From contig CAWIIB010000009.1 of assembly GCA_963836075.1 (NCBI GenBank), positions 2,336,001-2,400,000 on the forward strand: 64,000 bases of DNA. Direction: 5' to 3'. This document shows positions 30,660-40,777 of the stretch, piece after piece. The position numbers were made by a program, and so were the translations under genes. The notes under the pieces were generated by a model, which searched no databases, had not been told where the DNA came from, and saw only the letters and a list, made by a program, of their open reading frames with translations. The first letter of the stretch is position 1. Every line of letters begins with the position of its first letter. Source of the DNA: an uncultured Acidobacteriota bacterium (lineage in GTDB: Bacteria > Acidobacteriota > JAQAZP01).

Positions 30660-31298
30660 ATGAAACGGAACACGAAGAGTAACGGAAGCCCCCAGGCAGA
30701 ATTCCTGGGCAGAGTTTTCTCCATGGCGTTGCCGCTGGTGGCCATCGGTCTACTGGTGGCGGTGTCGGTGGCCGCGGCCCAGGCCAAGGCCGACCCCGTG
30801 GTGAAGGACTACCAATTCCACACCAGCAGTAAGATGAATGGCCTGGAGCTGGTTGTGGGTACCCAGCTGATCCAGACCAAGAGCGATGCCGACATGCCCG
30901 ACTTCACACCGCTGCTCTTCTCGCTGATCAATCTCGATCACCGCGGGGTCACCGTGGAGCGGGACAGGATCAAGCTCACCGACCAGTACGGTACCGAACT
31001 GCCGCTGGCCACCCTCTCCGAGGTGCGCAAGGACTACAAGCGTTTTCGCCAGGACCGGCAGTTTTTCACGGTCACCAACTTCGGTGGACAGTTGGAGCGC
31101 ACCACCAGGATGGTGGCCACCAACTTCTTCCCCCTGCCGGGTGAGATCGGGATTTACCGGATCCAGGTGCCCCAGTGGGGCAAAATGTTTGATTTGCTCT
31201 ACTACAAGGGTACGCTCACCTCCGGTGAAACCTACAAGCTCACCGTCGATGTGAAGGAAGACGTCCCTGACCTCACCATCGAGTTCCAGGCTCCCTGA
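30660..31298 (+). CDS. Secreted hypothetical protein
   Basis: GGAGG RBS, signal peptide ending AAAQA, strong GC3 codon bias. Confidence 0.75.
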   Translation: MKRNTKSNGSPQAEFLGRVFSMALPLVAIGLLVAVSVAAAQAKADPVVKDYQFHTSSKMNGLELVVGTQLIQTKSDADMPDFTPLLFSLINLDHRGVTVERDRIKLTDQYGTELPLATLSEVRKDYKRFRQDRQFFTVTNFGGQLERTTRMVATNFFPLPGEIGIYRIQVPQWGKMFDLLYYKGTLTSGETYKLTVDVKEDVPDLTIEFQAP

Positions 31299-31411
31299 CC
31301 GGCGCCCCGGCCGATGGTGAACAACTGAATTTGGCAGTAACGCGGTGATGCGGCGGCTCTCGTATCCACACCCCCTCACGGGATGCCCGCCGCTGATCCG
31401 CGTTTTTTGTC

Positions 31412-31532
31412 AAAACGCCGGCTGAGGTCCAGGGGCTGCGTTATGCGCCGATGAATAATGCTCACTTACGACAGAGTAAGCTCCGCTTATTCATCGGCGC
31501 AAGCCTTGCCCCTGAACCACAGCCGGCGTTTT
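31412..31532. repeat. ~120-bp imperfect palindromic element (copy 1)
   Basis: AAAACGCCGGCTG / CAGCCGGCGTTTT ends; inner GCGCCGATGAATAA / TTATTCATCGGCGC. Confidence 0.85.
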
Positions 31533-31552
31533 AAAAACTTCTGAAAAATATT

Positions 31553-31600
31553 GAGCACCGGGGACGGGTACAACCCGTCCCCGGTGCTCTTTTTCTTTCT
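31553..31600 (+). terminator. Strong intrinsic terminator
   Basis: 17-bp perfect stem GAGCACCGGGGACGGGT-ACA-ACCCGTCCCCGGTGCTC followed by a T-rich tract. Confidence 0.85.
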
Positions 31601-31647
31601 TCTTCTTGTTCTTTTTCCTGTTCGTGAACCCAGTCAGGTTGGGTGGA

Positions 31648-31772
31648 GGAAAACCCTTCTATTTGGTCGCTGGCGAGGCGCAAGCCGAGGCAAAAGCGCA
31701 GCATACATTGTGGTATGTGAGCATTTTAACGAGGTTTGCAACAACGCCAGCGACCAAATAGAAGGGTTTTCC
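31648..31772. repeat. 125-bp palindromic element (copy 2) with 28-bp perfect terminal inverted repeats
   Basis: GGAAAACCCTTCTATTTGGTCGCTGGCG (31648-31675) and its reverse complement (31745-31772). Confidence 0.88.
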
Positions 31773-31774
31773 CC

Positions 31775-33601
31775 CTATTCCCATTCGATGGTGGAGGGCG
31801 GCTTGGAGGTCACGTCGATGGCCAGGCCCGACACTTCGGGGAATGCCTTCACGGCCTGGCGCAGTTCGTCGATCAGCGCGTCGGGCAGCGGGGAGGGGGC
31901 GGCGGTCATGCCCCGTTCGGAGAGGATTGGCCGCACCACGGCCAGCTCGCTGCCCTTGGAGTTGATGGCCAGCGGGACCAGCACGGTGGGGCACTGCCAG
32001 ATGTCGGCCATCAGACCATGGCGGCGCAGCCCGTCCATCACCAGCTGGTCCAGCTCACGCAGCAGGTCGAGACGGGGGCGGGTGATCCCGCCTGGCCGGA
32101 CCTCGGCGGAGACGGGCGCTTCGTCCAGCAGGTTGTAGATACCGCGGTTCACCCCGGGCACCTCCTGGCAGATCCGGCCGGCCAGTCTGGTCAGGGTCTG
32201 CCACTCCGCTCCCGGGCCGTGGAGCAGCACCGGGAACTCGTAGCTCCGCAGATCGGCCTTGACCCCCACACTGCGCACCGGCAGCAGCAGTCCCTCCAGG
32301 CCGGAGGGCTCCAGCAGCGGTTTCAGTTGCGCCCCGGCGCCCTGCGGGTCGTAGCCTTCTGGTTCGCCATCGGCGGCGCAGAGAACCCTGATTCCCAGCC
32401 CCGGGCCGGGGAAGGGGTGGCGGTAGAGCAGGTCGTCACTGATCTCCAGTTGTTTGCCCAGTTCCCGCACTTCCGACTTGTAGAGCTCCCGCAGCGGTTC
32501 GATTACCCGGCCCTCGGCGATCATCTGCTCGACGATATCCACCCGGTTATGGTGGGTCTTGATCACGTCGGAGTGCTTGGTGCCTCCGGTTTCGATGGTG
32601 TCGGGGTATATGGTGCCCTGGCCCAGCATGAATCCTTCGAGGTCCAGCCGTCGGGCCTCGCTGTTGAAGACATCGATAAAGGTGGTACCGATGATCTGCC
32701 GTTTGCGCTCCGGCTCCGTTACCCCGGCCAGGGCCTGGAGGAAGGTTTCCGAGGCGTCGATGAAGTGCAGGTTCTCCCCCATGCCGTATTCCCGGAAGCG
32801 GTCCACAACCCGCCGGCTTTCGCCCTTGCGCATCAGGCCGTTGTCGATGTGCAGCAACTGCAGCCGCGAAGCGCCCAGGGCCTTTTCGATCAGCCGGGCG
32901 GTCACCGTGGAGTCCACACCGCCGCTGGCCAGCAGGAAGACGCTCCGCTCGCCGGCTTCGCGACGGATTGCCTCCACCTGCTCGACCACGTAGTCGTCGA
33001 TCTTCCAGGTGGGCCGGCAGCCGCAGATACGGAAGACAAAGTTGGACAGCATCTCCAGCCCGTGCACCGTGTCGTCCACCTCGGGGTGATACTGGAAGCC
33101 GTACCGTTTGAGGCCCGGGTGGGCGATGGCCGCGTTGCGGTGCGGCGGCCGGCCGTCTCCGATGGTGCTGGAGGCCAGTTCGATGAACCCCTCTCCCAGT
33201 TCGGTGACCGAGTCGCCGTGACTCATCCAGACCTGTTCCTCAGGACCCAGGCCTTGAAAAATCTCGGCCTGTTCATAGATCTGCAGTTTGGCAAAGCCGT
33301 ATTCCCGGGCGGTGTGTTCCACCTGTCCGCCGTAATGCTTGGCGATCTCCTGGTGCCCGAAGCAGAAGCCGATGATCGGCAGCTCCAGATCGAGCAATCC
33401 CTCCGTAAATTGCGAACCTTCACCGGCCGAGGCCAGCGCGGGGCTGCCGGAGAGCACGATCCCCTTGTATTCCTTAAACGAGTCCAGCGGGTCGCAGGGA
33501 TCCTTGATCTCGGCCAGCACGTCGAGTTTCCGGATCTTGGTGGCGATGAGGTGGCAGAACTGTCCGCCAAAGTCCACTACTGCGATTTTGTCGTGATTCA
33601 T
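31775..33601 (-). CDS. guaA: GMP synthase (glutamine-hydrolysing), long form
   Basis: DFGGQF, GFCFGHQ, WMSHGD, QYHPEV, SGGVDS, QGTIYPD, IKTHHN, RHPFPGPGLGIR, TSKPPSTIEWE. Confidence 0.95.
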   Translation of the reverse strand: MNHDKIAVVDFGGQFCHLIATKIRKLDVLAEIKDPCDPLDSFKEYKGIVLSGSPALASAGEGSQFTEGLLDLELPIIGFCFGHQEIAKHYGGQVEHTAREYGFAKLQIYEQAEIFQGLGPEEQVWMSHGDSVTELGEGFIELASSTIGDGRPPHRNAAIAHPGLKRYGFQYHPEVDDTVHGLEMLSNFVFRICGCRPTWKIDDYVVEQVEAIRREAGERSVFLLASGGVDSTVTARLIEKALGASRLQLLHIDNGLMRKGESRRVVDRFREYGMGENLHFIDASETFLQALAGVTEPERKRQIIGTTFIDVFNSEARRLDLEGFMLGQGTIYPDTIETGGTKHSDVIKTHHNRVDIVEQMIAEGRVIEPLRELYKSEVRELGKQLEISDDLLYRHPFPGPGLGIRVLCAADGEPEGYDPQGAGAQLKPLLEPSGLEGLLLPVRSVGVKADLRSYEFPVLLHGPGAEWQTLTRLAGRICQEVPGVNRGIYNLLDEAPVSAEVRPGGITRPRLDLLRELDQLVMDGLRRHGLMADIWQCPTVLVPLAINSKGSELAVVRPILSERGMTAAPSPLPDALIDELRQAVKAFPEVSGLAIDVTSKPPSTIEWE

Positions 33602-33683
33602 GACCGGCCCCGCTATGGTTAAACGTGATTGATGAGGATGAATTCTACCGACAGGGTTCCAATGGCGTCAAGGCGGGAGGGGA

Positions 33684-34666
33684 TCAGGCCGCAGGGTCCA
33701 CCAGCACCTTGAGGCTGCCCGGGCGGGACGCCTCAATGAAAGCCTCCACCCCCCGGGTCAGCGGGTAGCGGGCGCTGATCAACCGGTCCAGCGGGTAGCG
33801 GTGGCGGGCCATGGAGGCCAGGGCGGCGGGGAAGGGGCCGCAGCGGGAACCCAGCAGACTGATCTCGTCCACCACCAGCGGGGTGAGGTTCTGCGGTTCT
33901 CCGCCGGCCAGGGTCGATTTGAGCACCAAGGTCCCGGCGGGGCGGGCCGCCGCGAGCGCACTGTTCAGTCCGGAGGCCGTGCCGCTGGCCTCCACCACCA
34001 GGGGGAATCGCTCCAGGGGTGCCGGCGGGCGCCAGTGATCCGTATGCACCGCGGTGATGCAACCCGGGACCCCGCCGGCAGCCAGGGCCAGCTTGTCCTG
34101 GTGCCGGCCCAGCAGGGTGACCGGACAGCCGCCGTCGGCTGCGAGCACCCAGGAGCAGAGAATGCCCAGCTTGCCGTCGCCCACCACCAGCACCGGTCCG
34201 GAGGGCCCCGGGCTGAGTTGCTCGAGGATGCGGCAGGCCGCGGCCAGCGGCTCGGTGAACAGTGCCTCTTCGTTGCTCAGTTCCGGGGGTACGGCGTGCA
34301 GGTTGGCCGCCGGGAGGACCGTCAGTTCGGCCAGGCAGCCGTCCCGTCCGGCAATACCCAGCACGGTGCGGTCCGGGCAGTGGTTGCCCAGTCGGTCCCG
34401 GCAGAAGGAGCAGGTGCCGCAGGGGCAGTTGATCTCGCCCACCACCCGCTGTCCCAGCAGCTCGGGCCGCTCCGGGCTCGCTTCCACCCGGCCGACAAAC
34501 TCGTGGCCCAGCACACCGTCAAAGCCCATGTACCCTTTTACCAGTTCCTGGTCGGTGCGGCAGATGCCGGCCAGCAGCACCCGGATCAGGGCTTCCCCGG
34601 GGGCCGGCCGGGGCTCGGGGTGGTCACCGGTCAACAGTGGGCTGCCCGGGCGGCAGAGCAGGGCTC

Positions 34667-34670
<4 letters not shown>
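33684..34670 (-). CDS. Zinc-dependent alcohol dehydrogenase (MDR family)
   Basis: GICRTD, GHEFVG, CPCGTCSFC...HC, GDGKLG, GSRCGPF. Confidence 0.9.
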
Positions 34671-35488
<818 letters not shown>

Positions 35489-35522
35489 GACCTGGTACTC
35501 TACAGGAGCCGCCGGGAACCGG

Positions 35523-35996
35523 TCAATCGGTGACCAGCGGCGAAAAATCGGTGACCGCCAGGTAGGCCGCGGCCAGTTGCTCCAGCCCTTCCCGGTCTTC
35601 GCTGGTGAACCGGCCGGGTTCCGGGCTGTCCAGGTCCAGCACGCCCACAAGCCGGCCCTGCGGCAGCAGGGGGACCACCAGCTCGGACCGCGATGCCGCG
35701 TCGCAGGCGATGTGGCCGGGGAACTGCCGCACATCCTCCACCAGCTGTGTCTCCCGCTTTTCGGCCGCCGTGCCGCAGACGCCGCGGCCCATCCTGATGC
35801 GCACACAGGCCGGTCTTCCCTGGAAGGGCCCCAGCACCAGTTCCTGGTCCCGTAAAAAGTAGAACCCGGCCCAGTTGAGCCTGGGCAGCCGTTCAAAAAT
35901 CAGCGCGCAGGTGTTGGCCGAGTTGGCCAGCAGGTCGTTCTCATCCCCCAGCAGCACCTTCAGATCCCGGGTCAGTGAGACGTAATCGAATCCCAT
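35523..35996 (-). CDS. msrC: GAF-domain free methionine-(R)-sulfoxide reductase
   Basis: NWAGFY, LGPFQGRPAC, GRGVCG, FPGHIACDAASRSELVVP, LDLDS. Confidence 0.9.
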   Translation of the reverse strand: MGFDYVSLTRDLKVLLGDENDLLANSANTCALIFERLPRLNWAGFYFLRDQELVLGPFQGRPACVRIRMGRGVCGTAAEKRETQLVEDVRQFPGHIACDAASRSELVVPLLPQGRLVGVLDLDSPEPGRFTSEDREGLEQLAAAYLAVTDFSPLVTD

Positions 35997-36048
35997 ACCT
36001 CAACTCTCCATTTCACCGAAGCGGCCCAACCCGTCTCCGGATACTGCA

Positions 36049-36681
36049 TCACTCACACGTCCAGGTGAACCGCCCGATCTGGGGGCTCTCGGCAACGAGT
36101 GTATCACCTGGAACCACCGGGCCCACCCCTGCCGGGGTGCCGGTGTAGATCAGGTCACCGGGCAGCAGTTCCCAGGTGCGGCTGAGGATTTCGATCAACT
36201 GCTCCAGGGGGAAGAGCATGTCCGCCGTGCTGCCCTGCTGGTGCATCTCGCCGTTGATCTCCAGCCGCATCTCCACCACCGCCGGGTCCGCTTCCACGAA
36301 GTCGCCGATGGGGGCGCTCTGGTCAAACGCCTTGCACAGTTCCCAGGGCCGGCCCTTGTTCCTCAGTCCGGACTGCAGCTCGCGCAGGGTCAGGTCGATA
36401 CCCAGGCTGATCCCCGATACATGGCCCGGAGCATCCTCCCGGCCGATGTTCTTTCCCGCCGTTCCGATGGCGGCCACCATCTCCAGTTCGTGATGCACCA
36501 CGCCCTGTCCCCGGGGCAGGGTCACCGCGCTACCGGCGGGTACCAGGCTGGTGGCCGGTTTCATGAAGATGATGCAGCTGTCGTCCAGGGCCGCACCCAT
36601 CTCGCTGATGTGGTCGCCGTAGTTCCGCCCGATGCAGAAGACCCGGCGTGGTTCCACCGTTCCGTGGGGCAATCGAAGCAT
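36049..36681 (-). CDS. Fumarylacetoacetate hydrolase family protein
   Basis: CIGRNY, FMKP, HHELE, DLTLR, KAFD, GDLIYTGTPAGVG. Confidence 0.92.
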   Translation of the reverse strand: MLRLPHGTVEPRRVFCIGRNYGDHISEMGAALDDSCIIFMKPATSLVPAGSAVTLPRGQGVVHHELEMVAAIGTAGKNIGREDAPGHVSGISLGIDLTLRELQSGLRNKGRPWELCKAFDQSAPIGDFVEADPAVVEMRLEINGEMHQQGSTADMLFPLEQLIEILSRTWELLPGDLIYTGTPAGVGPVVPGDTLVAESPQIGRFTWTCE

Positions 36682-36691
36682 CTCCTCTCCT

Positions 36692-37156
36692 TCAGTCCTC
36701 GCCGCGATCCGGCCGCGGCGGCTTCCGGCTGCTCTTCAGTCGTGCGCGCCGCTGTTTGGTGTCCAGCCGGCGTTCCACCGAAGCCTTGCTGGGCCTCGTC
36801 TTTCGTCTCTTCTTCGGCTGCTCCGTGGCGCGGCGAACCAGGGTGACCAGCCGCTGGACCGCGTCCTCCCGGTTGCGCTGCTGGCTGCGAAAGCGCCGGG
36901 CCACGATCACCAGCACCCCCTCGGCGGTAACCCGTCTGCCGGCCAGGCGGATCAGGCGTTCCCGCACATCCGGCGGCAGGGCAGGGGAGGCGCCGGCGTC
37001 GAAACGCAGCTGCACCGCGGTGGCCACCTTGTTCACGTTCTGTCCGCCCGGGCCCGAGGACCGCACGAAACTGAACACCAGCTCCTCCTCAGGTATCCGG
37101 ATGGATTCGGTGACCACGATCACTTTTCGCAGTTCTTCCGCCGGTACGTCGGTCAT
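36692..37156 (-). CDS. arfB: Alternative ribosome rescue factor B
   Basis: RSSGPGGQNVNKV, RSQQRNR, basic C-terminal tail. Confidence 0.93.
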   Translation of the reverse strand: MTDVPAEELRKVIVVTESIRIPEEELVFSFVRSSGPGGQNVNKVATAVQLRFDAGASPALPPDVRERLIRLAGRRVTAEGVLVIVARRFRSQQRNREDAVQRLVTLVRRATEQPKKRRKTRPSKASVERRLDTKQRRARLKSSRKPPRPDRGED

Positions 37157-38274
37157 GGCCCACTCTCCGCGTCATGCCCGGCCGGCAGCCGTGAGATCTC
37201 TCTGCCGTCGCGGGTCAGGTAGCCGTTGTGCAGGCTGGCGGTGATACAGGAGTGAACCGGGTAGACGTGAAGCAGGTCGCCGGGGCGTACCCGGGAGATC
37301 AGCGGTCCACCGGCGACAAGCATGCCATGCTCCTGGGTCAGGCCGGTGAGGGATGCGGCACCCTGGAAATCTGAGGCCGGCGGCTCGTCTCCGGCGAGGG
37401 CCAGGCCGTAGATTGTCGGGCCGCCTTGCCTGCGGGTCAGGGGCTCACGCCCCAGATGTACTGTTCCGCCATAGATGGCGATCCGGTGTCGTGGCGGGTA
37501 GACCCCGATCACCGGGCAGACGGCAGCCAGGGCGATATCGTTGGCAGTGCAGGCTCCCAGCTGGAGCTGCATCAGGTCATAGAAGACAAAGTTGCCCGGC
37601 CGGACTTCATCCACCCCTTCCAGACGGTCAACCACACTGCAGCCCGGTGTGTCCCCCACGGAGAGGTCGCACTGGATTCCCTCTCCCTGCAGTACGTCAC
37701 GGATATCCTGCAGCCGGGCCGTGGTTTCGGCCTGGATGGCCCTGATCCGGTCCACTGTGGCCGCCTGGTATGTCTGCCCGCTGTGGGCCAGCAGGCCTCT
37801 CAGTCGGCAGTGCCTGGCCTCCCGCGCCTCCCGGGCCAGGCATTGAATGGTGTCAGTGTCGTCCCAGGGGATCCCGGTCCGGCCATAACCAGGATCGATC
37901 TCGATCCAGAGGTCCACGGGGCGGGACAACCGGTGTTCCAGAGCCTGCAGGCTCTGCCGGTCGTCCACCAGCAGCCCGAGGGCGATCTCCCCGGCCAGAT
38001 GGTCGATGGCATCCAGTTCGCGGAGGTTCACCGGTACGGCCAGGGTGATGTCCGCCCAGCCGTGACCGGCGAAGTAGCGGGCCATGGCCAGCGAGGAGAC
38101 CGTGATCGATTCCACCCCGCAGTCCCGGAACCAGCGGCCCACTTCGGCCGACTGGTGGGTCTTGAAGTGCGGGCGGAAACGCACCCCCGAGGCCCTGACC
38201 CTCCCGGCCATCCGCTCGATGTTTCGCCGTGCCGTCTTCTCGCTGAGCAGCAGGGTGGGCCGGGTGATCTGCAC
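37153..38274 (-). CDS. Fold-type III PLP enzyme (D-threonine aldolase / D-serine dehydratase family)
   Basis: RPHFKTH, GYGRTG, HSGQTY, GDTP, EVRPGNFVFYD, QEHG, PVHSC. Confidence 0.88.
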   Translation of the reverse strand: MQITRPTLLLSEKTARRNIERMAGRVRASGVRFRPHFKTHQSAEVGRWFRDCGVESITVSSLAMARYFAGHGWADITLAVPVNLRELDAIDHLAGEIALGLLVDDRQSLQALEHRLSRPVDLWIEIDPGYGRTGIPWDDTDTIQCLAREAREARHCRLRGLLAHSGQTYQAATVDRIRAIQAETTARLQDIRDVLQGEGIQCDLSVGDTPGCSVVDRLEGVDEVRPGNFVFYDLMQLQLGACTANDIALAAVCPVIGVYPPRHRIAIYGGTVHLGREPLTRRQGGPTIYGLALAGDEPPASDFQGAASLTGLTQEHGMLVAGGPLISRVRPGDLLHVYPVHSCITASLHNGYLTRDGREISRLPAGHDAESGP

Positions 38275-38451
38275 CGTGATTGTCCTCCGTTCCTTGTACT
38301 CCGGGGCCGTCTGATTCGCTATGATATGTGTGCGTGTTGCGGAGCGTCAAGAAACGGTCCGGCCCGCCTTGTCCCGCTGTCGACCGATGTGGTAGCTTTG
38401 CACCTTGCTTCCCGGCCGGGCAATACGGCCCACGGGAGAAGGAGAGATGGT

Positions 38452-39234
38452 ATGGAGCGCGAGATACTGGAGGCCTGCAGAGAACTGACCGAGGCCGGCG
38501 AAACAGGGGTGCTGGCCGTGGTGGTCTCCGCCAGCGGGTCGGTTCCCCGCGAGGCCGGGGCCTGGATGCTGGTCTCCGCGCGGGGGATGACGGGCACGGT
38601 GGGCGGCGGCGCCCTGGAAAAGCGAATTCTCGACGAAGCCCCCGGTGTGCTGGCCGCCGGCGTGCCGCAGCTCTTCTCCTTCAGCCTGGGCCAGGATCTG
38701 GGCATGAACTGCGGGGGCAGCGTTTCGGTCTATCTCGAGCCCCTGCTCCCGGCCGGCCGGCTGGTGATTTTCGGCGGCGGGCACATCGGCCTGGCCCTGC
38801 ACCGCCTCTCCCCGCTGTTGGGAACCCGGACGGTGGTGGTGGATGAGCGGACCGAGTTCTCCGCCGCCGGCCGTTTCCCCGGTGCGCGCACCATCTGCGC
38901 CATGCCTGCCCCGGCTGCCGAAGATCTGGCCATCGGCGGGCGGGACTCGGTGGTGGTGGTGACCCACCAGCACTGCCACGACCTGGACGCGGTGCGGGCG
39001 GTGATCGAAGCCCGTCCCGGCTACCTGGGGATGATCGGGTCGCGGAGCAAGGTGAAGAAGACCCGGGACGCCTTGCTGGCCGACGGCGTTCCGCCGGAGC
39101 TGCTGGGCACCCTGCGCGCCCCGGTGGGTCTCGACCTCGGCGGGCGGACCCCCGGTGAAATCGCGGTGGCCATCGCCGCCGAAATCATCGCTCTCCGTTC
39201 GGGGCGTTCTATCCCGGCGGAACTCTCATGGTGA
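38452..39234 (+). CDS. XdhC/CoxI family molybdoenzyme accessory protein
   Basis: GSVPREAGA, GTVGGGALE, LGMNCGG, FGGGHIG, YLGMIGSRSK, PVGLDLGGRTPGEIAVAI. Confidence 0.9.
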   Translation: MEREILEACRELTEAGETGVLAVVVSASGSVPREAGAWMLVSARGMTGTVGGGALEKRILDEAPGVLAAGVPQLFSFSLGQDLGMNCGGSVSVYLEPLLPAGRLVIFGGGHIGLALHRLSPLLGTRTVVVDERTEFSAAGRFPGARTICAMPAPAAEDLAIGGRDSVVVVTHQHCHDLDAVRAVIEARPGYLGMIGSRSKVKKTRDALLADGVPPELLGTLRAPVGLDLGGRTPGEIAVAIAAEIIALRSGRSIPAELSW

Positions 39235-39857
39235 TCGGGGCGGTGATTCTTGCCGCCGGAGCCTCCCGGCGGATGGGCGGGCGGCCCAAGGCGCTGCTCA
39301 CGGTGGGCGGCACCTCCTTCCTTGCCCTGCTCACCGGCACCTTCCGTTCCGCCGGCGTGGACCAGGTCCGGGCGGTGGTCTCGGCGGACCTCAGACCCCG
39401 GGCCGCGGCGCTTGCGGTTGCGGGCCTCGAACTGCTGGTGCCCTCCGAACCCACACCAGAGCCGCTGGCCTCGCTCAAGGCGGGGATGGCCGCAATACCC
39501 GACGACTGGGAGGCGCTGCTGGTCCAGCCGGTGGACCACCCGCTGGTGCACCCCCAGACCGTCCGTCGCCAGATCGGCCTTTTCTCCTCGGATTCCGAAC
39601 GGCCCATCGTCCAGCTGCGCCGCCGGGGCTGCGGGGGCCACCCGCTGCTGGTGGGACGGGCCTGTTTCGAGGAAATCCTCCACCTGCCGGAAGGGGGGGA
39701 CGGGCTGCGCCAGATGCTGCGCGCCGATCCGGGGCGGGTCAGACCCTGCGAGACGGCGGACAACGGGGCGTTCTCCGGGGTGAACACCGAGGAGGACTAC
39801 CGCCGGCTGCTCCGGCTGGAGACCGGCGGGCGGCCGATCACTCATCCGTCTCGTTGA
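39228..39857 (+). CDS. Molybdenum cofactor cytidylyltransferase-like (MocA/MobA family)
   Basis: ILAAGASRRMGGRPKALL, PVDHP, GGHP, NTEEDY. Confidence 0.85.
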   Translation: MVIGAVILAAGASRRMGGRPKALLTVGGTSFLALLTGTFRSAGVDQVRAVVSADLRPRAAALAVAGLELLVPSEPTPEPLASLKAGMAAIPDDWEALLVQPVDHPLVHPQTVRRQIGLFSSDSERPIVQLRRRGCGGHPLLVGRACFEEILHLPEGGDGLRQMLRADPGRVRPCETADNGAFSGVNTEEDYRRLLRLETGGRPITHPSR

Positions 39858-40770
39858 GCGCGCCAAAGGGCACGTGCACCGCGGGCACCGCCCCGGAGGC
39901 CGGTCCGGCGTGGGTCATCTGGTCGTCGAAGAAGATGTGCGGCCGGAAGACCTCCAGCACCGGCCGTTTTTCCATCCCGCCGAGAAAGAGGGTCTCGTCC
40001 ACGCGGATGCCCCAGCTGCGCAGAGTGGTCACCACCCGCTCGTGAGCCGGGGCGCCCCGCGAGGTGATGATCGCGGTGCGGATTTTCGGCCGGTAGCCCG
40101 GTTCCCGCTGCTGCCGTTCGGTCTCCCATTGCTGCAGGGCGGCGATCTCCCGGAAGAGGCGGGTCAGCGGGCCGGGGCGGTGGGCGGTGGCGGCCTGCTC
40201 GGCCTCGCTGTCCTGGAAACCGGCCAGACCCTCGGTGCGGAAGATGTTCTCCGCCTCATCGTCCACCACCACCCCGTCAAAGTCGAAAGCCACTCGCAGT
40301 TCGTCGTCGTTTTGATCATCGACATAGTCGGATTTGAGGACCAGGCCGGCCGGGAAACCGCGCTGGATGGCGTCCCGGATGTCCGCCTGGTCGGCGGAGA
40401 GGAAGAGGCTGGCGTTGAAGGCATCGAGGTAGCGCCAGGGCGGCCGGCCGCTGAGGAATGTGCCGCGGGTGATGTCCAGCCCGTGGGCGGCCATGGAGCG
40501 GAAGGCCCGCAGCCCGGTGTCCGGGTCGTTGCGGGAGAGCAGGATCACCTCCACCGGGCGGTCCGCCTCCTCCACGCCGTTGAGGCTCAGCAGCCGCTTG
40601 ATGAAGGGGAAGGCCACACCCGGGTCCAGCGAGGTCCGTTCGTGGTCCCGCTGGTACTTCCGGTATTCCTCCAGGCCCCGCTGGCGGTAGATCCGGTCGG
40701 CCTCGGCGAGGTCGAACAGCGCACTGGAGGCCACAGCCACCACCAGTTTGTCTTTGATGGGGAAGGGCAT
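39838..40770 (-). CDS. 5'-nucleotidase (cN-I-like family)
   Basis: VAVASSALFD, EVILLSRN, RVAFDFDGV, FLGG, PHIFFDDQ, HVPFG. Confidence 0.9.
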   Translation of the reverse strand: MPFPIKDKLVVAVASSALFDLAEADRIYRQRGLEEYRKYQRDHERTSLDPGVAFPFIKRLLSLNGVEEADRPVEVILLSRNDPDTGLRAFRSMAAHGLDITRGTFLSGRPPWRYLDAFNASLFLSADQADIRDAIQRGFPAGLVLKSDYVDDQNDDELRVAFDFDGVVVDDEAENIFRTEGLAGFQDSEAEQAATAHRPGPLTRLFREIAALQQWETERQQREPGYRPKIRTAIITSRGAPAHERVVTTLRSWGIRVDETLFLGGMEKRPVLEVFRPHIFFDDQMTHAGPASGAVPAVHVPFGALNETDE

Positions 40771-40777
40771 GGTTCGC

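Noticed and set aside
31400-31780. CRISPR array or tRNA
   Set aside because: Only inverted repeats; no direct repeat-spacer periodicity, no cloverleaf and no cas genes
38452-39857. XdhC + MocA as a selenium-dependent molybdenum hydroxylase (yqeB/yqeC) locus
   Set aside because: No yqeB, yqeC, selD or hydroxylase subunits nearby; an ordinary accessory pair
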